DNA from: an uncultured Chitinophaga sp.
GTDB lineage: Bacteria; Bacteroidota; Bacteroidia; UBA7662
Assembly (NCBI GenBank): GCA_964577055.1
Contig: CAZNWC010000003.1
Coordinates: 28,020 to 92,019, forward strand
Length of the DNA: 64,000 nucleotides
Direction of reading: 5' to 3'
How positions within the stretch are numbered: position 1 is the stretch's first letter; each line of letters begins with the position of its first letter. The notes under the pieces are model-generated. The model had not been told where the DNA came from, did not search any database, and saw only the letters and a program-made list of their open reading frames with translations. This document shows positions 19,615-30,618 of the stretch, piece after piece. Both the position numbers and the translations under genes were made by a program.

Positions 19615-21432
19615 TTGAGCATGCGGCAATTTCTTGTTCTTGTATGGCTTTGGTTTTTACTGCCGGGCACCCATGTTGGGGCGCAACCCGGAGTGCACAA
19701 CCAGGCCCTGGCTACTCAATTTTACCAGCAAGCGGAGTACGAAAAGGCAGCTGATTTGTTCAAAGATATCCTCGAGGCCGATGGGCAGAATTACACGGCC
19801 TATCAATATCTATATGCCTGTTACCTCCAATTACAATTGTTCCAGGATGCTGAAAAACTGGCCGCACGTTTTGCCCGAAAAGATGCGGCCCAGGCAGGAT
19901 TTGAGGTAGATCGTGCGTTTGCCTTGCGCAAGCAAGGGGAAGAAAAAAAAGCCCTAGTCTTGTATGAATCGCTTCTGAAGAAACTGGGTCCGAATAGGGG
20001 GCAAATAATGATGCTTGCCAACGCTTTTCGGAACAGGGGCGAAAATGATTTTGCCATCAAAAGTTTGCTGCGCGGCCGACAATTATTGGCAGAACCCTTT
20101 GCTTTTGCGCTTGAGTTGACCGACCTCTACCAGCTCACCGGACAAAAAAGCAAAATGGTGACGGCCTATCTTGATTATTTGGCATTGGCACCACAGCAAT
20201 TGGGTTATGTACAAAACATGTTGCAGTCGCGTTTGGCCGAAGAAGATTATGAGTTGTTGCGCGTGGTATTGCTTGAGGGCATTCAACAGCGTCCCGACGA
20301 TTTGATGCTATCGGAGTTACTGGTGTGGTTTTTTGTGCAGCAACTCGATTTTGAAACGGCTTTTTTACAGGCCAAGGCCTTGGATCAGCGTTTGAATGAA
20401 CAGGGCCGCCGGATGCTTGCGCTTGCCCGCTCAGCAAATGAGAACAAACAATACGAGGCAGCGGCATTGTTTTACAATTACCTGATCGAAATGGGTGAAC
20501 GGCATCCGGCTTATTTAGAAGCACGTTATGAAAGTTTGGAAACCCGGCGTTTGGGTTTGCAGTACAAAGGGGGAACCAAAGCCGATTGGCAAAATTTGGC
20601 ACAAGAGCTCGAGCGGTTTTTGCAAGATTATCCGCAGCAACGACAGCTTTTGTTCGTGAAAAAGACCTATGCCCAGGTATTGGCTTACGAGCTAAAGCGC
20701 TTTGAAGAGGCGGTAGATTTACTTGAAGCGGCTGTCAAAGCAGGAGGAGAGCGCCGCTTGTTGGCAGCGGTTAAACTCGATTTGGGCGATTTGTTTTTGC
20801 TCACGGCCGAATATTGGGAGGCTGCGCTTATATATGGTCAGGTTGAAAAGGAATTCCCCAACGACCCGCTGGGGCAGGAGGCAAAATTCAGAAATGCGCG
20901 CTTGTCGTTTTTCAAGGGTGAATTTGAGTGGTCACAGGCACAGCTCGATGTGCTCAAAGCAAGTACCACGCAAAAAATAGCAAATGATGCCTTGGCCTTG
21001 AGCTTGTTGATTTCAGACAATCTCGACTTAGACACCACCGTTTTGCCCATGCAAGCCTTTGCGGCTGCAGAATTATTGCTTTTCCGACAAGAGCATGCGG
21101 CTGCTGTTGCGGCGATGGAGCAAATGTTGGTTGATTACAAAGGGCATGCTTTGAGTGACGAACTTTATTTCAGGCTTGCCCGTGCCGAACAAGTGCTGGG
21201 CAATCCACAAAAAGCGGCATCGTGGTACCAGCAATTGGTACAAGAACATGGCACAGATATTTTGGCCGACGATGCGCTATTTGCATGGGCGGTGCTTACC
21301 GAGGAGCGTTTGGTACAACCCGAACAAGCTGCCAAATTATACGAGCAGCTCTTGCTGCAATATCCCGACAGTACTTTTACCTTTGAGGCACGCCGTAGAT
21401 TCCGCAAACTGCGGGGCGACAACATCAATTGA
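19615..21432 (+). CDS. Tetratricopeptide-repeat protein, secreted
   Basis: 605 aa with a signal peptide. TPR-like helical repeats run throughout (AxxxYxxAxxxF patterns). Confidence 0.7.
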   Translation: MSMRQFLVLVWLWFLLPGTHVGAQPGVHNQALATQFYQQAEYEKAADLFKDILEADGQNYTAYQYLYACYLQLQLFQDAEKLAARFARKDAAQAGFEVDRAFALRKQGEEKKALVLYESLLKKLGPNRGQIMMLANAFRNRGENDFAIKSLLRGRQLLAEPFAFALELTDLYQLTGQKSKMVTAYLDYLALAPQQLGYVQNMLQSRLAEEDYELLRVVLLEGIQQRPDDLMLSELLVWFFVQQLDFETAFLQAKALDQRLNEQGRRMLALARSANENKQYEAAALFYNYLIEMGERHPAYLEARYESLETRRLGLQYKGGTKADWQNLAQELERFLQDYPQQRQLLFVKKTYAQVLAYELKRFEEAVDLLEAAVKAGGERRLLAAVKLDLGDLFLLTAEYWEAALIYGQVEKEFPNDPLGQEAKFRNARLSFFKGEFEWSQAQLDVLKASTTQKIANDALALSLLISDNLDLDTTVLPMQAFAAAELLLFRQEHAAAVAAMEQMLVDYKGHALSDELYFRLARAEQVLGNPQKAASWYQQLVQEHGTDILADDALFAWAVLTEERLVQPEQAAKLYEQLLLQYPDSTFTFEARRRFRKLRGDNIN

Positions 21433-21436
21433 TTTT

Positions 21437-21745
21437 ATGCTCCTATACAATGTAACCGTAAGTGTTGACCAGCGCATGGCCGATGAATGGTTGAGTTGGA
21501 TGAAAAATGAACACATCCCCGAAGTGATGGCAACGGGCATGTTTGCCATGCACCGCATTTGTAAATTGGTGCAGCCAGCGCCGCAACCCGACGAAGGCAT
21601 CACCTACGCCATACAGTACTATTGTGATTCGCAAGAGCAACTCAACCGCTATTTTGCGGAATATGCCCCTGGCTTGCAAAAAGCACACACCTTAAAATTC
21701 GGCCAACATACCGCAGCTTTTCGGACGGTACTCGAAATTGTTTGA
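21437..21745 (+). CDS. DUF4286-family small protein
   Basis: The ~102 aa from MLLYNVTVSVDQRMADEWLSWMKNEHIPEV resemble the conserved Bacteroidota DUF4286. The start is 5 nt after the stop of the TPR gene. Confidence 0.5.
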   Translation: MLLYNVTVSVDQRMADEWLSWMKNEHIPEVMATGMFAMHRICKLVQPAPQPDEGITYAIQYYCDSQEQLNRYFAEYAPGLQKAHTLKFGQHTAAFRTVLEIV

Positions 21746-21752
21746 CACCTTA

Positions 21753-22694
21753 TTATAAGGTGGCCAATTTGCGGCGTGTATTTTCAAATTCTGTCCAAAT
21801 TTCGGCTACGATTGCAGCGGCCGGCTGAAGTTGGTTGATGTATGCCGACACTTGGCCGATTTCAAGCTCTCCTTCTTCTAAATCGCCTTCAAACATGCCC
21901 TTTTTCGCCCTGCCGCGTCCGAGCAACGCTTGTAGCTCCTCGGTAGGGGCGCCTGCTGCTTCGGCCTGCTGTACCTGCTGGTAAAATTGGTTCTTGATCA
22001 GCCGAACAGGGGTGAGCTGCTTAAGGGTAAGGGTGGTATCCCCTTCTTGAGCAGCAATCACCGCTTGTTTGAAATGATCGTGCGCTGAGGATTCATAACT
22101 GGCCACAAATCTGCTTCCGATCTGCACAGCTTCGGCACCGAGCGCAAAAGCCGCGCACATGGCCCGCCCGTTTCCGATACCACCTGCCGCAATAAGAGGT
22201 AGGTCGATGGCATCGCGTACCATGGGTATGAGGCAAAGGGTAGTGGTTTCTTCACGGCCATTGTGTCCGCCCGCTTCAAATCCTTCGGCCACCACCGCAT
22301 CAACCCCGGCTTCTTGCGCCTTACGGGCAAATTTTACGTTCGATACCACATGCACCACGGTGATGCCATGGCTTTTGAAAAAGGAAGTGAATTTTCCAGG
22401 ATTGCCGGCTGAAGTAAAGACAATCGGGACGCGGTATTTTACAATCAGCTCAAGGTGCTGCTCAATGGCCGGATAAAGCAAAGGTAGGTTCACCGCAAAG
22501 GGTTTGGTGGTTGCCTTTTGGCATTGAATCAAGTGTTTTTCGAGTACTTCGGGATACATTGAGCCTGCACCAATGATGCCCAATCCCCCAGCATTGCTAA
22601 CTGCAGCGGCCAATTCCCAGCCGCTACACCAGATCATACCTGCCTGAATTATAGGCAAATCGATGTTAAAGAGCTTGGTTATGCGATTATCCAT
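21753..22694 (-). CDS. NAD(P)H-dependent flavin oxidoreductase (nitronate monooxygenase / FabK-like enoyl-ACP reductase II)
   Basis: 313 aa. The N-terminus FNIDLPIIQAGMIWCSGWELAAAVSNAGGLGIIGAGSM is the NMO/FabK TIM-barrel signature. Confidence 0.8.
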   Translation of the reverse strand: MDNRITKLFNIDLPIIQAGMIWCSGWELAAAVSNAGGLGIIGAGSMYPEVLEKHLIQCQKATTKPFAVNLPLLYPAIEQHLELIVKYRVPIVFTSAGNPGKFTSFFKSHGITVVHVVSNVKFARKAQEAGVDAVVAEGFEAGGHNGREETTTLCLIPMVRDAIDLPLIAAGGIGNGRAMCAAFALGAEAVQIGSRFVASYESSAHDHFKQAVIAAQEGDTTLTLKQLTPVRLIKNQFYQQVQQAEAAGAPTEELQALLGRGRAKKGMFEGDLEEGELEIGQVSAYINQLQPAAAIVAEIWTEFENTRRKLATL

Positions 22695-22931
22695 GCCACA
22701 AGGTCAATGAAAATCTGTAAAAATCAATGTGGGCAAGTACTTGCATAAGCTCTTTTTTGTCGCTATGTTGCACCCCTGTTTGTTAAAAATTTGTGAAATT
22801 CCGGTAAATGTGTTCTCTGAATTGGATGCAGCCAATGTCAGGAATACGTCAAAAGGTCGACACACGTATTGACAAACGGGAAATTGGATTTAACTTAAAT
22901 TTTCAAATAGACCTAAAGTAAATTTCAGACT

Positions 22932-25900
22932 ATGCAGAGAAAGTTCTACCTGAGTTTATTCCTGCTGTTGCTGAGCACGTTAGCTGTCTTTGGTCAGGCT
23001 GGTACCGGTACCCTACAAGGTAAGGTAGTAGACGAACTGAAGCCAAAAGAGGGTATCCCCTTCGCAAACGTGGTCATCGAGCGGGATGGTGTGGTCAAAG
23101 GCGGTACTACCACCGACATCGATGGTAAGTATAAGTTTGGCGCCTTGCCCCCCGGAAAGTACGACCTGAAGGTTTCGTACGTAGGTTACAATCCAGCCGT
23201 GCTCAAAGGCGTGCTGGTGAGTGCCGACCGAAGCAATTTCGTTGACATCAAAATGAGCTCGGGTGTTGACCTGAGCGTAATTGATGTTGTGGATTATGAG
23301 GTTCCCCTCATTTCCAAAGACGAAACTTCTACCGGTGGTACTGTAACCCGTGAAGAAATCGCGGCCCTACCCACGCGCGACGTGAACTCCATTGCGGCTA
23401 CCACCGGTGGTGTTTTCCAGCAAGATGAAGGCGGCGCCCTAAACATTCGCGGTTCACGTTCCGATGCAACTGAATACTTCATCGACGGTATTCGTGTTCG
23501 CGGTTCAACCAACTTGCCGAATGCTGCCATCGAGCAAACAACCGTAATCACAGGTGGTATTCCCGCCCAGTACGGCGATGCTACTGGTGGTATCATCAAC
23601 ATCACCACACGCGGACCATCAGGTCAGTTCTTCGGCGGTGCTGAAGTATTGTCGTCGGCATTTGTGTTGGAGCCTTATGGTTACAACCTCTTTGCCTTGA
23701 ACTTCTCAGGTCCATTGATGAAGCGTGGCGACAAGTCGATTTTGGGTTACTTCATTTCGGGTGAATTTGAAACCCAAAAAGACCCGAATCCTTCGGCTGT
23801 TGGCGTATGGCAATTGAAAGACGATGTATATGACTTTGTAAGCCAAAACCCTTTCCGTCCATCCATTTTCGGTGCTGGTGTAAACCGTAACTCTGAATTT
23901 GTAAATGCCGACGATATGGAGCTGGTACGTGTGCGTCCGAATGCTAATCGTGACCGTTTTTCGATCGCAGGTAAAGTGGACTTCCAACCGAACAACAACT
24001 TTAGCATTACCATTGGTGGTAACTACGATTACGTTGACGGACGTTCTTATGCCCGCTCGCTTTCTTTGTTCAGCCGCGACAATATGGGCTTCTTCAACAA
24101 CAACACCATCCGTGCTTACGGCCGTATCAAGCAGAACTTTGCGTCTGCCGAAGGCGAAAACAACAGTGGTGGCACCATCAAGAACGCCTATTATACCTTG
24201 CAGTTCGACTACACCAAATCGACCAGCTCACAAGATGGTGGTCCTGATCTCGCCCGCAACGCCTTTAACTATGGCCACGTAGGTACTTTCGATTACGATC
24301 TGGTGCCGATTTACAGTGAAGAAGATTACTTCGATGCACAATCAAACGTGCTGTACCGCATGAATGTATTGCAAGGTTTCTCTGAGCAGAACCTGCGCTT
24401 TACGCCCAGCGCGATTGATCCAAGTTTGTCGGTATGGGGAACCAGTTTCTTCAAAGTACTCAACACCACTGAATTCAACAGCATTTCTGATGTTCGTCAA
24501 AACGGTGGTTTGGCCAACGGTTTGCGTCCTGGTTCTGCTTATGGTATTTGGTTCGATCCAGGTCGTCAGTTTGGTGGCTTTAACTTCACCGACAACGACC
24601 AGTATCGCTTGACCGGATTCTTCTCTGCCGACATTGGTGGCCATGCCCTGAAGTTTGGTTTTGAATACGATCAGCGTGTTGACCGTGGATACACCATGAA
24701 CCCATTTGCTGGTGGCATTGGTTTGTGGGGCTTGGCCCGTGGTTTGGCCAATCGCCACTTGTCCGAATTGGATGTGAACAATCCGATTGTGACCCGCGAT
24801 GCCAACGGTTTCTTGACCGATTTGGACACTGTTCGCTTCAACCGTTTGTACAACGCTGGCAACCAGTCGTCTTTCGACCGCAATCTTCGTCGTTCATTGG
24901 GATATGCTGACAATGACCTGCGCTTTATCAACATCGACGCCATGAATCCTGCCGACTTGCAGTTGAGCTTCTTCTCGGCCGAAGAATTGTTGAACGAGGG
25001 TAACTCTTATGTAAGCTACTTTGGATATGACCACTTGGGCAACAAACTGGGCAGCAACCCAGGTGCGCTCGACTTCTTCACTGACCGTGAGAACCGTCCG
25101 GTTCCTGCATTCCAGCCCATTTACATGGCCGGCTTCATTGAAGATAAGTTCTCTTTCGACGACTTGGTTTTCCGTGTAGGTGTGCGTGTTGACCGTTTTG
25201 ATGCCAACCAACCGGTATTGAGAGACCGCTTCCTTTTGTATTCGGCCCGTACGGTTGCAGAAGTTGATGGTGCTTTGAATACTGCAAATGGTGGTATCCA
25301 CCCCAGTGTAGTACCAACCGATGCGGTGGTTTACGTAAACGACATCACCCAGCCTAACCCCGTGATTTTGGGTTACCGTTCAGGTGTTCAGTGGTTTACT
25401 GCCAATGGAACTGAAATTCGTAACGCTTCTGGTATCGCAGCTGCTTCGGCAACTGGTGCTGTAACGCCATTCCTGGTAGATCCTACCCAGAACGAAGTAC
25501 GTGCCGATGCCTTCACCGACTATACCCCGCAAATCAACATCATGCCACGTGTGGCCTTCTCATTCCCTATTTCGGATGAGGCCCAGTTCTTTGCGCACTA
25601 TGACGTATTGACACAGCGTCCGAGCGGCTTCCTCCGCTTCGATCCTCGTCAGTTCTACTTCCTGCAGCAAGTGGGTGGTACCTTGAACAATCCTGATTTG
25701 AAGCCTGAGCGTACCATCGACTATCAGTTGGGCTTTAAGCAGCGTTTGAACAAGACCTCGGCTTTGACCATCAGTGCCTTCTACCGTGAATTGCGCAACA
25801 TGATTCAGATCATCAACGTGCCATTTGCGTATCCGCTCGATTACCGTACCTATGGTAACATCGACTTCGGTACTGTAAAAGGTTTGACCTTGGCTTACGA

Positions 25901-26606
25901 CCTCCGTCGTACAGGTAATGTGCGTATCAACGCCAGCTATACTTTGCAGTTTGCTGATGGTACTGGTTCTGCTCCTCAGCAGGCAGCCCAAATCATCCAG
26001 GCTGGTATCGACAACTTGCGTACCCCAATTCCATTGGACTTCGACGCACGTCACCGCTTGGTAGGTACTTTGGACTTCCGCTTTGGTGAAGGCAAAAACT
26101 ACAATGGTCCTCGCATCAATGGTTTTGGCTTCATGGAAGGCATTGGATTCAACCTCGTAGCCAACGCGATTTCTGGAACACCGTTCTCACGTCAAACTGT
26201 ACCAACACCCGATGGTGCTGTGGTAGGGGGTTTGCAAGGCCGTACTACCTTGAAAGGTGGTATCAACGGTTCACGTTTGCCTTGGCAGTTCCGAATGAAC
26301 TTGCGTGTTGACAAGGACGTAACTGTGAAGTTGGGCAAAGACAAAAACGACAAGCCACGTGAAGCAACCGTGAACGTGTATGTACAGATCCTCAACCTCT
26401 TCGACGCCCGTAACGTGATCAATGTGTATCAATTTACAGGTGATCCAAGCGATGATGGTTATCTCACCAGCGACCTGGGTCGTCAGCAGTTGCAAAGTGT
26501 ACTCGATCAGCAGGCTTTCTTCGATCTGTACACTGCTTCGATGATGAACCCTGGCAACTTTAGTTTGCCCAGAAGAACACGTTTGGGTATCAGATTCAAT
26601 TTCTAA
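22932..26606 (+). CDS. TonB-dependent-receptor-like outer membrane protein with N-terminal carboxypeptidase-regulatory-like domain
   Basis: 1224 aa with a signal peptide. The CarbopepD_reg-like segment is GKVVDE...ANVVIERDG...KYKFGALPPGKYDLKVSYVGY. A plug-like region (LNIRGSRS) follows, then a long beta-barrel ending ...LGIRFNF with a terminal aromatic. Confidence 0.75.
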   Translation: MQRKFYLSLFLLLLSTLAVFGQAGTGTLQGKVVDELKPKEGIPFANVVIERDGVVKGGTTTDIDGKYKFGALPPGKYDLKVSYVGYNPAVLKGVLVSADRSNFVDIKMSSGVDLSVIDVVDYEVPLISKDETSTGGTVTREEIAALPTRDVNSIAATTGGVFQQDEGGALNIRGSRSDATEYFIDGIRVRGSTNLPNAAIEQTTVITGGIPAQYGDATGGIINITTRGPSGQFFGGAEVLSSAFVLEPYGYNLFALNFSGPLMKRGDKSILGYFISGEFETQKDPNPSAVGVWQLKDDVYDFVSQNPFRPSIFGAGVNRNSEFVNADDMELVRVRPNANRDRFSIAGKVDFQPNNNFSITIGGNYDYVDGRSYARSLSLFSRDNMGFFNNNTIRAYGRIKQNFASAEGENNSGGTIKNAYYTLQFDYTKSTSSQDGGPDLARNAFNYGHVGTFDYDLVPIYSEEDYFDAQSNVLYRMNVLQGFSEQNLRFTPSAIDPSLSVWGTSFFKVLNTTEFNSISDVRQNGGLANGLRPGSAYGIWFDPGRQFGGFNFTDNDQYRLTGFFSADIGGHALKFGFEYDQRVDRGYTMNPFAGGIGLWGLARGLANRHLSELDVNNPIVTRDANGFLTDLDTVRFNRLYNAGNQSSFDRNLRRSLGYADNDLRFINIDAMNPADLQLSFFSAEELLNEGNSYVSYFGYDHLGNKLGSNPGALDFFTDRENRPVPAFQPIYMAGFIEDKFSFDDLVFRVGVRVDRFDANQPVLRDRFLLYSARTVAEVDGALNTANGGIHPSVVPTDAVVYVNDITQPNPVILGYRSGVQWFTANGTEIRNASGIAAASATGAVTPFLVDPTQNEVRADAFTDYTPQINIMPRVAFSFPISDEAQFFAHYDVLTQRPSGFLRFDPRQFYFLQQVGGTLNNPDLKPERTIDYQLGFKQRLNKTSALTISAFYRELRNMIQIINVPFAYPLDYRTYGNIDFGTVKGLTLAYDLRRTGNVRINASYTLQFADGTGSAPQQAAQIIQAGIDNLRTPIPLDFDARHRLVGTLDFRFGEGKNYNGPRINGFGFMEGIGFNLVANAISGTPFSRQTVPTPDGAVVGGLQGRTTLKGGINGSRLPWQFRMNLRVDKDVTVKLGKDKNDKPREATVNVYVQILNLFDARNVINVYQFTGDPSDDGYLTSDLGRQQLQSVLDQQAFFDLYTASMMNPGNFSLPRRTRLGIRFNF

Positions 26607-26615
26607 GAGACAAAA

Positions 26616-29600
26616 ATGAAAGGGATGATAATGAATCGTAAAATTTGGACCTTGGTGATGGCTATCACCATGGGAGGAATTTTGGGAGCAGAGGCGCGCG
26701 AAGACCTGTCGGTGCAGCCCCGCACCCAGCAGAACAATCGCCAGTTCGTAGCCCGTGTGGCGTCGAACTGCACGCCTCCCAGCGCCAGGATTAACCTCGA
26801 CATCAACAATGTGCGTGCCATGATTTTGCGTGGTAACGACATGTGGTGGGACCAAGGAGGTAGCGGCAATGCGCGCTATGAAATACCTAAGCTGGATGAC
26901 CCAACTTTGCCCAAAAAACACGCTTTGTTTGCGGGTTCTATTTGGGTGGGTGGTATTGATGCCGTAGGTACCTTAAAGGTTGCCGCTCAAACTTACCGTC
27001 AAACAAGCACTTTGGGTGTAGGATGGTGGGCTGGTCCGCTCACGCTTGACTCAGCAACCATTACACGTGACGAGTGTCGTCGTTGGGATACCCACTGGAA
27101 GGTGGAGCGCCGTCAAATTCAGGAGCACATTGCAGCGATTGCAGCGGGTGATGCTTCTTATGTAATTCCAGACGGTATTCGCAATTGGCCTTGGCAGGGT
27201 GATGTTACCCTTGGTCAAGATCCGAACATGGCACCATTTGTAGACGTGGATGCTGATGGCGTTTACAACCCTGGCAATGGTGATTATCCGGATATTTTTG
27301 GTGACCAGTCTATCTGGTTCCAAACCAACGACAAGGGCAATACGCCTGGTTCAGGTGCCACACCCATTGGTATGGAAATCCAGACCCAAGCCTTTGCTTA
27401 CCAGTCGAACGACGAGTTGAACAATATGACGTTCTATACGAACAAGATTATCAACCGCTCGACCATTCGTTTGGACTCGTGCTTTATGGCACAGTGGGTT
27501 GACCCCGATCTTGGTAACTATACCGACGACTTCGTTGGTTGTGATGTTCCCCGTGGTTTGGGTATTGCCTACAATGGTGACGACGACGATGAAGGTATTC
27601 AAGGTTATGGCGTAAACCCTCCTTCGGTAGGTGTTGACTTCTTTGAAGGTCCTTTCTCTGATCCGAACGATGGTATTGACAACGACCGTGATGGTCAGGT
27701 GGACGAAATTGCAGCTTCTGGTTGCGATCCTACCCCACGTACTGAACGTATCATCATGGCGAAGTTCCTTTATTTCAATAACGATGGTTCGCCCATAGGT
27801 AACCCAACTACTGCCGAGCATGCTTACAACTACATGATTGGTCGTTGGAAAGACAATACGCAAATGGTATTTGGTGGTAATGGCTATCCCAACTCTGCTG
27901 GTGCCACTACTTTGCCTGCAACCATCATGTTCCCCGGTGCATCCGACAACCAGTTTGGTTGGGGCTTGGGTGGTTCTACTTCGAACCCCATTGCACCACC
28001 TTTCGATTGGAGTGAATTCAATCCTGGTCCTGGTGCTCAGCCTAACGTGCCTGCCGACCGTCGATTCGTGCAATCTGCTGGTCCTTTCACCTTGTTACCC
28101 GGTGCTGTAAACTACATCACCATTGGTGTAGTATGGGCGCGTGCTTCATCAGGTGGTGCTCGTGGTTCACTGAACCTCTTGCTGCGTGCCGACTCAAAAG
28201 CACAAGCTTTGTTCGACAACTGCTTTAAGACCATCGATGGTCCTGATGCGCCAGATGTGAGCATCACGGAATTGGATCAAGAGTTGATTTTGTCGTTCAG
28301 CTACAAGCCAACCAGCAACAACTACCGTTTGGGCTATCGAGAAGAAGATCCGGTGATCAAGTCGTTGAATGATGACTTGCCTCCAGGAACCAATTTGTTT
28401 GATCCTTACTACCGTTTTGAAGGATTCAAAGTGTACCAGTTGTCTGCTTCGAATGTATCTACAGGTGAATTGGACGATCCCAACCGTGCACGTTTGCTCT
28501 ATCAGGGCGACATCAAAAACAATGTTGACCGCATTATCAACTGGGATTTTGATTTGGATCTTGAGCAATCGGTACCTTCATTGGCTGTTGACGGTGCTAA
28601 CGATGGTGTACAAATGAGTTTGCGTATCACCCGTGACCTCTTCGCAGAAGGAAGTGACCGTTTGACCAACTTCAAGCGTTACTATTACCTGGTATTGGCT
28701 TATGGTTACAACAACTATGCAACTTTTGACCCTGCTTCTGATACAGGTCAGCAGCGTCCTTACCTTGCTGGTCGTAACAATGTGCAGGTGTATACTGGTA
28801 TTCCGCACAAGTGGGAGCCTACCTTCAACGGCTTGATTTTGAATTCTTCTTATGGTGATGGTCCCGTGATCACACAATTAGAAGGCCGTGGTAATGGTGG
28901 CAACTTCCTTGAGCTTTCGGAAGCAACTGTGGCTGAGATTTTGGCCAATGGTCAGAGCAATCGTCCTACCTATGTAGGGGGTGCTGGTCCGGTTGACATC
29001 AAAGTAATTGATCCTACGCTTGTGCCTCGTGCCAAAATGACTTTGGCTATGTACCGTGGCAATCCTGGTGCTGGTAATTTGTCGGTGAACAACGATGGAC
29101 GTTGGTACATTGTATACAACAGCGATACCATTTTCTCTGATACGACTGTTGCAGTAGGTTCTGAGCAAATTTTGGGTTACTACGAAAACAATGTGATTTT
29201 CAGAAGCCTCGGTTTGAGTGCAACCATTCAAAATGCCCGTTCTCCGGGCGAGGAGCCTGAAACCGGCAATGGTATTATTGGCAGCACCTCCTTCTATGAA
29301 GATCGTTCGAACGAATGGTTGACCTTTATTCCGGATGATGAGCGTTTGGAAGTATTCGACTGGGTGAAGGCAGGTCCTCCCGGTGGTGATCCTTTGATTG
29401 CCAGTGGTGACCCACAGCGTTTCTTCGAGAACATTGTGCCCGGTGAATTACCAAATACCAATATCCAAGGGGGAACGTGGACAGCGATGCGATATGCTGC
29501 GCCTACACCTTTCCATCCTGGTGTGTTTAACTCTCAGGGTGACAACCAACCACTGAACATTCCTTTCCGTGAAGCTTCGCGCCTGGATAGCTTGCGTAGT

Positions 29601-30599
29601 GTAGATGTGGTATTTACCGCTGACAAGAGCAAGTGGACCAAAGTGGTGGTATTAGAGATGTGTGAAACACCTGCGCAAGCACAGGGTGGTCGCCGTCGTA
29701 ACCATTTGCGTGCTGCTCCTTCTGTTGATAAAAACGGCAATGTTGATCCGAACGAACCCCGTGAAGGTTTTGGCTGGTTCCCTGGTTATGCCATCAATGT
29801 GGAAACTGGTCAGCGCTTGAACATGGCCTTTGGTGAAGACAGTCGAGCCTCTATTTCAAATGGTGGTGACATGATTTGGAATCCGAGCGATAGCATTTTT
29901 GGTGATCAGTTGGCTGGTCAGCCACAAATCATCATGGGTGGTAAGCACTTTGTATATGTGATGGCATCACCTTATGATGAAGGTGAGCGTCCTTACCGCA
30001 TTCTCACCCGTACACTGGGTGGTGGTACGCCTAACCCAACTAATTTGCCGGTGAACGTTATCCGCGATTTCTATCGTGAAATCATGTGGACCACGGTGCC
30101 TTTGCGTCGTACAGGTCGTCAATTGCTGGCGAACGACTACAATGTGAAGATCCGCGTGAACAATCCTTATCGCAACTTTGCTTTGCCAGGTGTTACTGTA
30201 ACCAATACGGGTAATCCATTGTATGAAATTGATGCTACAGGTTTGGCGCCAACCAAGAATGATTTGGCGACTGCTCAAAGTGCACTCGATTTGATTCGTG
30301 TGGTTCCGAATCCTTACTACGCCGCATCGCGCTATGAAACCAGCCAGATCGACAACCGTGTGAAGATCACAAACTTGCCACAGCGTTGCGAAATCAGGAT
30401 TTACACCACTGGTGGTACCCTGATCCGTACGTTGCGCAAGGATGATCCTACCACATTTGTAGATTGGGATTTGTTGAACCAGGAGCGTATTCCTATTGCC
30501 AGTGGAGCTTATATCATCCATGTGAACGCACCCGGTATTGGTGAAAAAGTAGTGAAGTGGTTCGGTGTAACCCGTCCGATTGACCTCGATACCTTCTAA
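26616..30599 (+). CDS. Large secreted protein with T9SS C-terminal-domain-like tail; candidate PorU-type protein (uncertain)
   Basis: 1327 aa with a signal peptide and Asp-rich Ca-binding-like blocks (DVDADGVYNPGNGDYPD, DNDRDGQVDE). The C-terminal ~90 aa (VVPNPYY...CEIRIYTTGGTLIRTL...ASGAYIIHVNAPGIGEKVVKWFGV) resemble a T9SS CTD beta-sandwich but extend past the usual end. A FadL/PorV-like gene lies immediately downstream. I could not confirm a C25 peptidase motif by eye. Confidence 0.5.
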   Translation: MKGMIMNRKIWTLVMAITMGGILGAEAREDLSVQPRTQQNNRQFVARVASNCTPPSARINLDINNVRAMILRGNDMWWDQGGSGNARYEIPKLDDPTLPKKHALFAGSIWVGGIDAVGTLKVAAQTYRQTSTLGVGWWAGPLTLDSATITRDECRRWDTHWKVERRQIQEHIAAIAAGDASYVIPDGIRNWPWQGDVTLGQDPNMAPFVDVDADGVYNPGNGDYPDIFGDQSIWFQTNDKGNTPGSGATPIGMEIQTQAFAYQSNDELNNMTFYTNKIINRSTIRLDSCFMAQWVDPDLGNYTDDFVGCDVPRGLGIAYNGDDDDEGIQGYGVNPPSVGVDFFEGPFSDPNDGIDNDRDGQVDEIAASGCDPTPRTERIIMAKFLYFNNDGSPIGNPTTAEHAYNYMIGRWKDNTQMVFGGNGYPNSAGATTLPATIMFPGASDNQFGWGLGGSTSNPIAPPFDWSEFNPGPGAQPNVPADRRFVQSAGPFTLLPGAVNYITIGVVWARASSGGARGSLNLLLRADSKAQALFDNCFKTIDGPDAPDVSITELDQELILSFSYKPTSNNYRLGYREEDPVIKSLNDDLPPGTNLFDPYYRFEGFKVYQLSASNVSTGELDDPNRARLLYQGDIKNNVDRIINWDFDLDLEQSVPSLAVDGANDGVQMSLRITRDLFAEGSDRLTNFKRYYYLVLAYGYNNYATFDPASDTGQQRPYLAGRNNVQVYTGIPHKWEPTFNGLILNSSYGDGPVITQLEGRGNGGNFLELSEATVAEILANGQSNRPTYVGGAGPVDIKVIDPTLVPRAKMTLAMYRGNPGAGNLSVNNDGRWYIVYNSDTIFSDTTVAVGSEQILGYYENNVIFRSLGLSATIQNARSPGEEPETGNGIIGSTSFYEDRSNEWLTFIPDDERLEVFDWVKAGPPGGDPLIASGDPQRFFENIVPGELPNTNIQGGTWTAMRYAAPTPFHPGVFNSQGDNQPLNIPFREASRLDSLRSVDVVFTADKSKWTKVVVLEMCETPAQAQGGRRRNHLRAAPSVDKNGNVDPNEPREGFGWFPGYAINVETGQRLNMAFGEDSRASISNGGDMIWNPSDSIFGDQLAGQPQIIMGGKHFVYVMASPYDEGERPYRILTRTLGGGTPNPTNLPVNVIRDFYREIMWTTVPLRRTGRQLLANDYNVKIRVNNPYRNFALPGVTVTNTGNPLYEIDATGLAPTKNDLATAQSALDLIRVVPNPYYAASRYETSQIDNRVKITNLPQRCEIRIYTTGGTLIRTLRKDDPTTFVDWDLLNQERIPIASGAYIIHVNAPGIGEKVVKWFGVTRPIDLDTF

Positions 30600-30618
30600 T
30601 TTTTTAACGAGAAAGAGC

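Noticed and set aside
22932-26606. 1224-aa barrel as a SusC/RagA-type transporter with SusD partner
   Set aside because: No SusD-like (~500-aa lipoprotein) gene follows. The next gene is a 1327-aa CTD-bearing protein.
26616-30599. Confident call of the 1327-aa gene as porU
   Set aside because: The downstream PorV-like gene and the CTD-like tail fit. I could not identify a C25 catalytic His/Cys dyad by eye, and the upstream TBDT-like gene is not a porU neighbour I know of. Kept as a candidate only.
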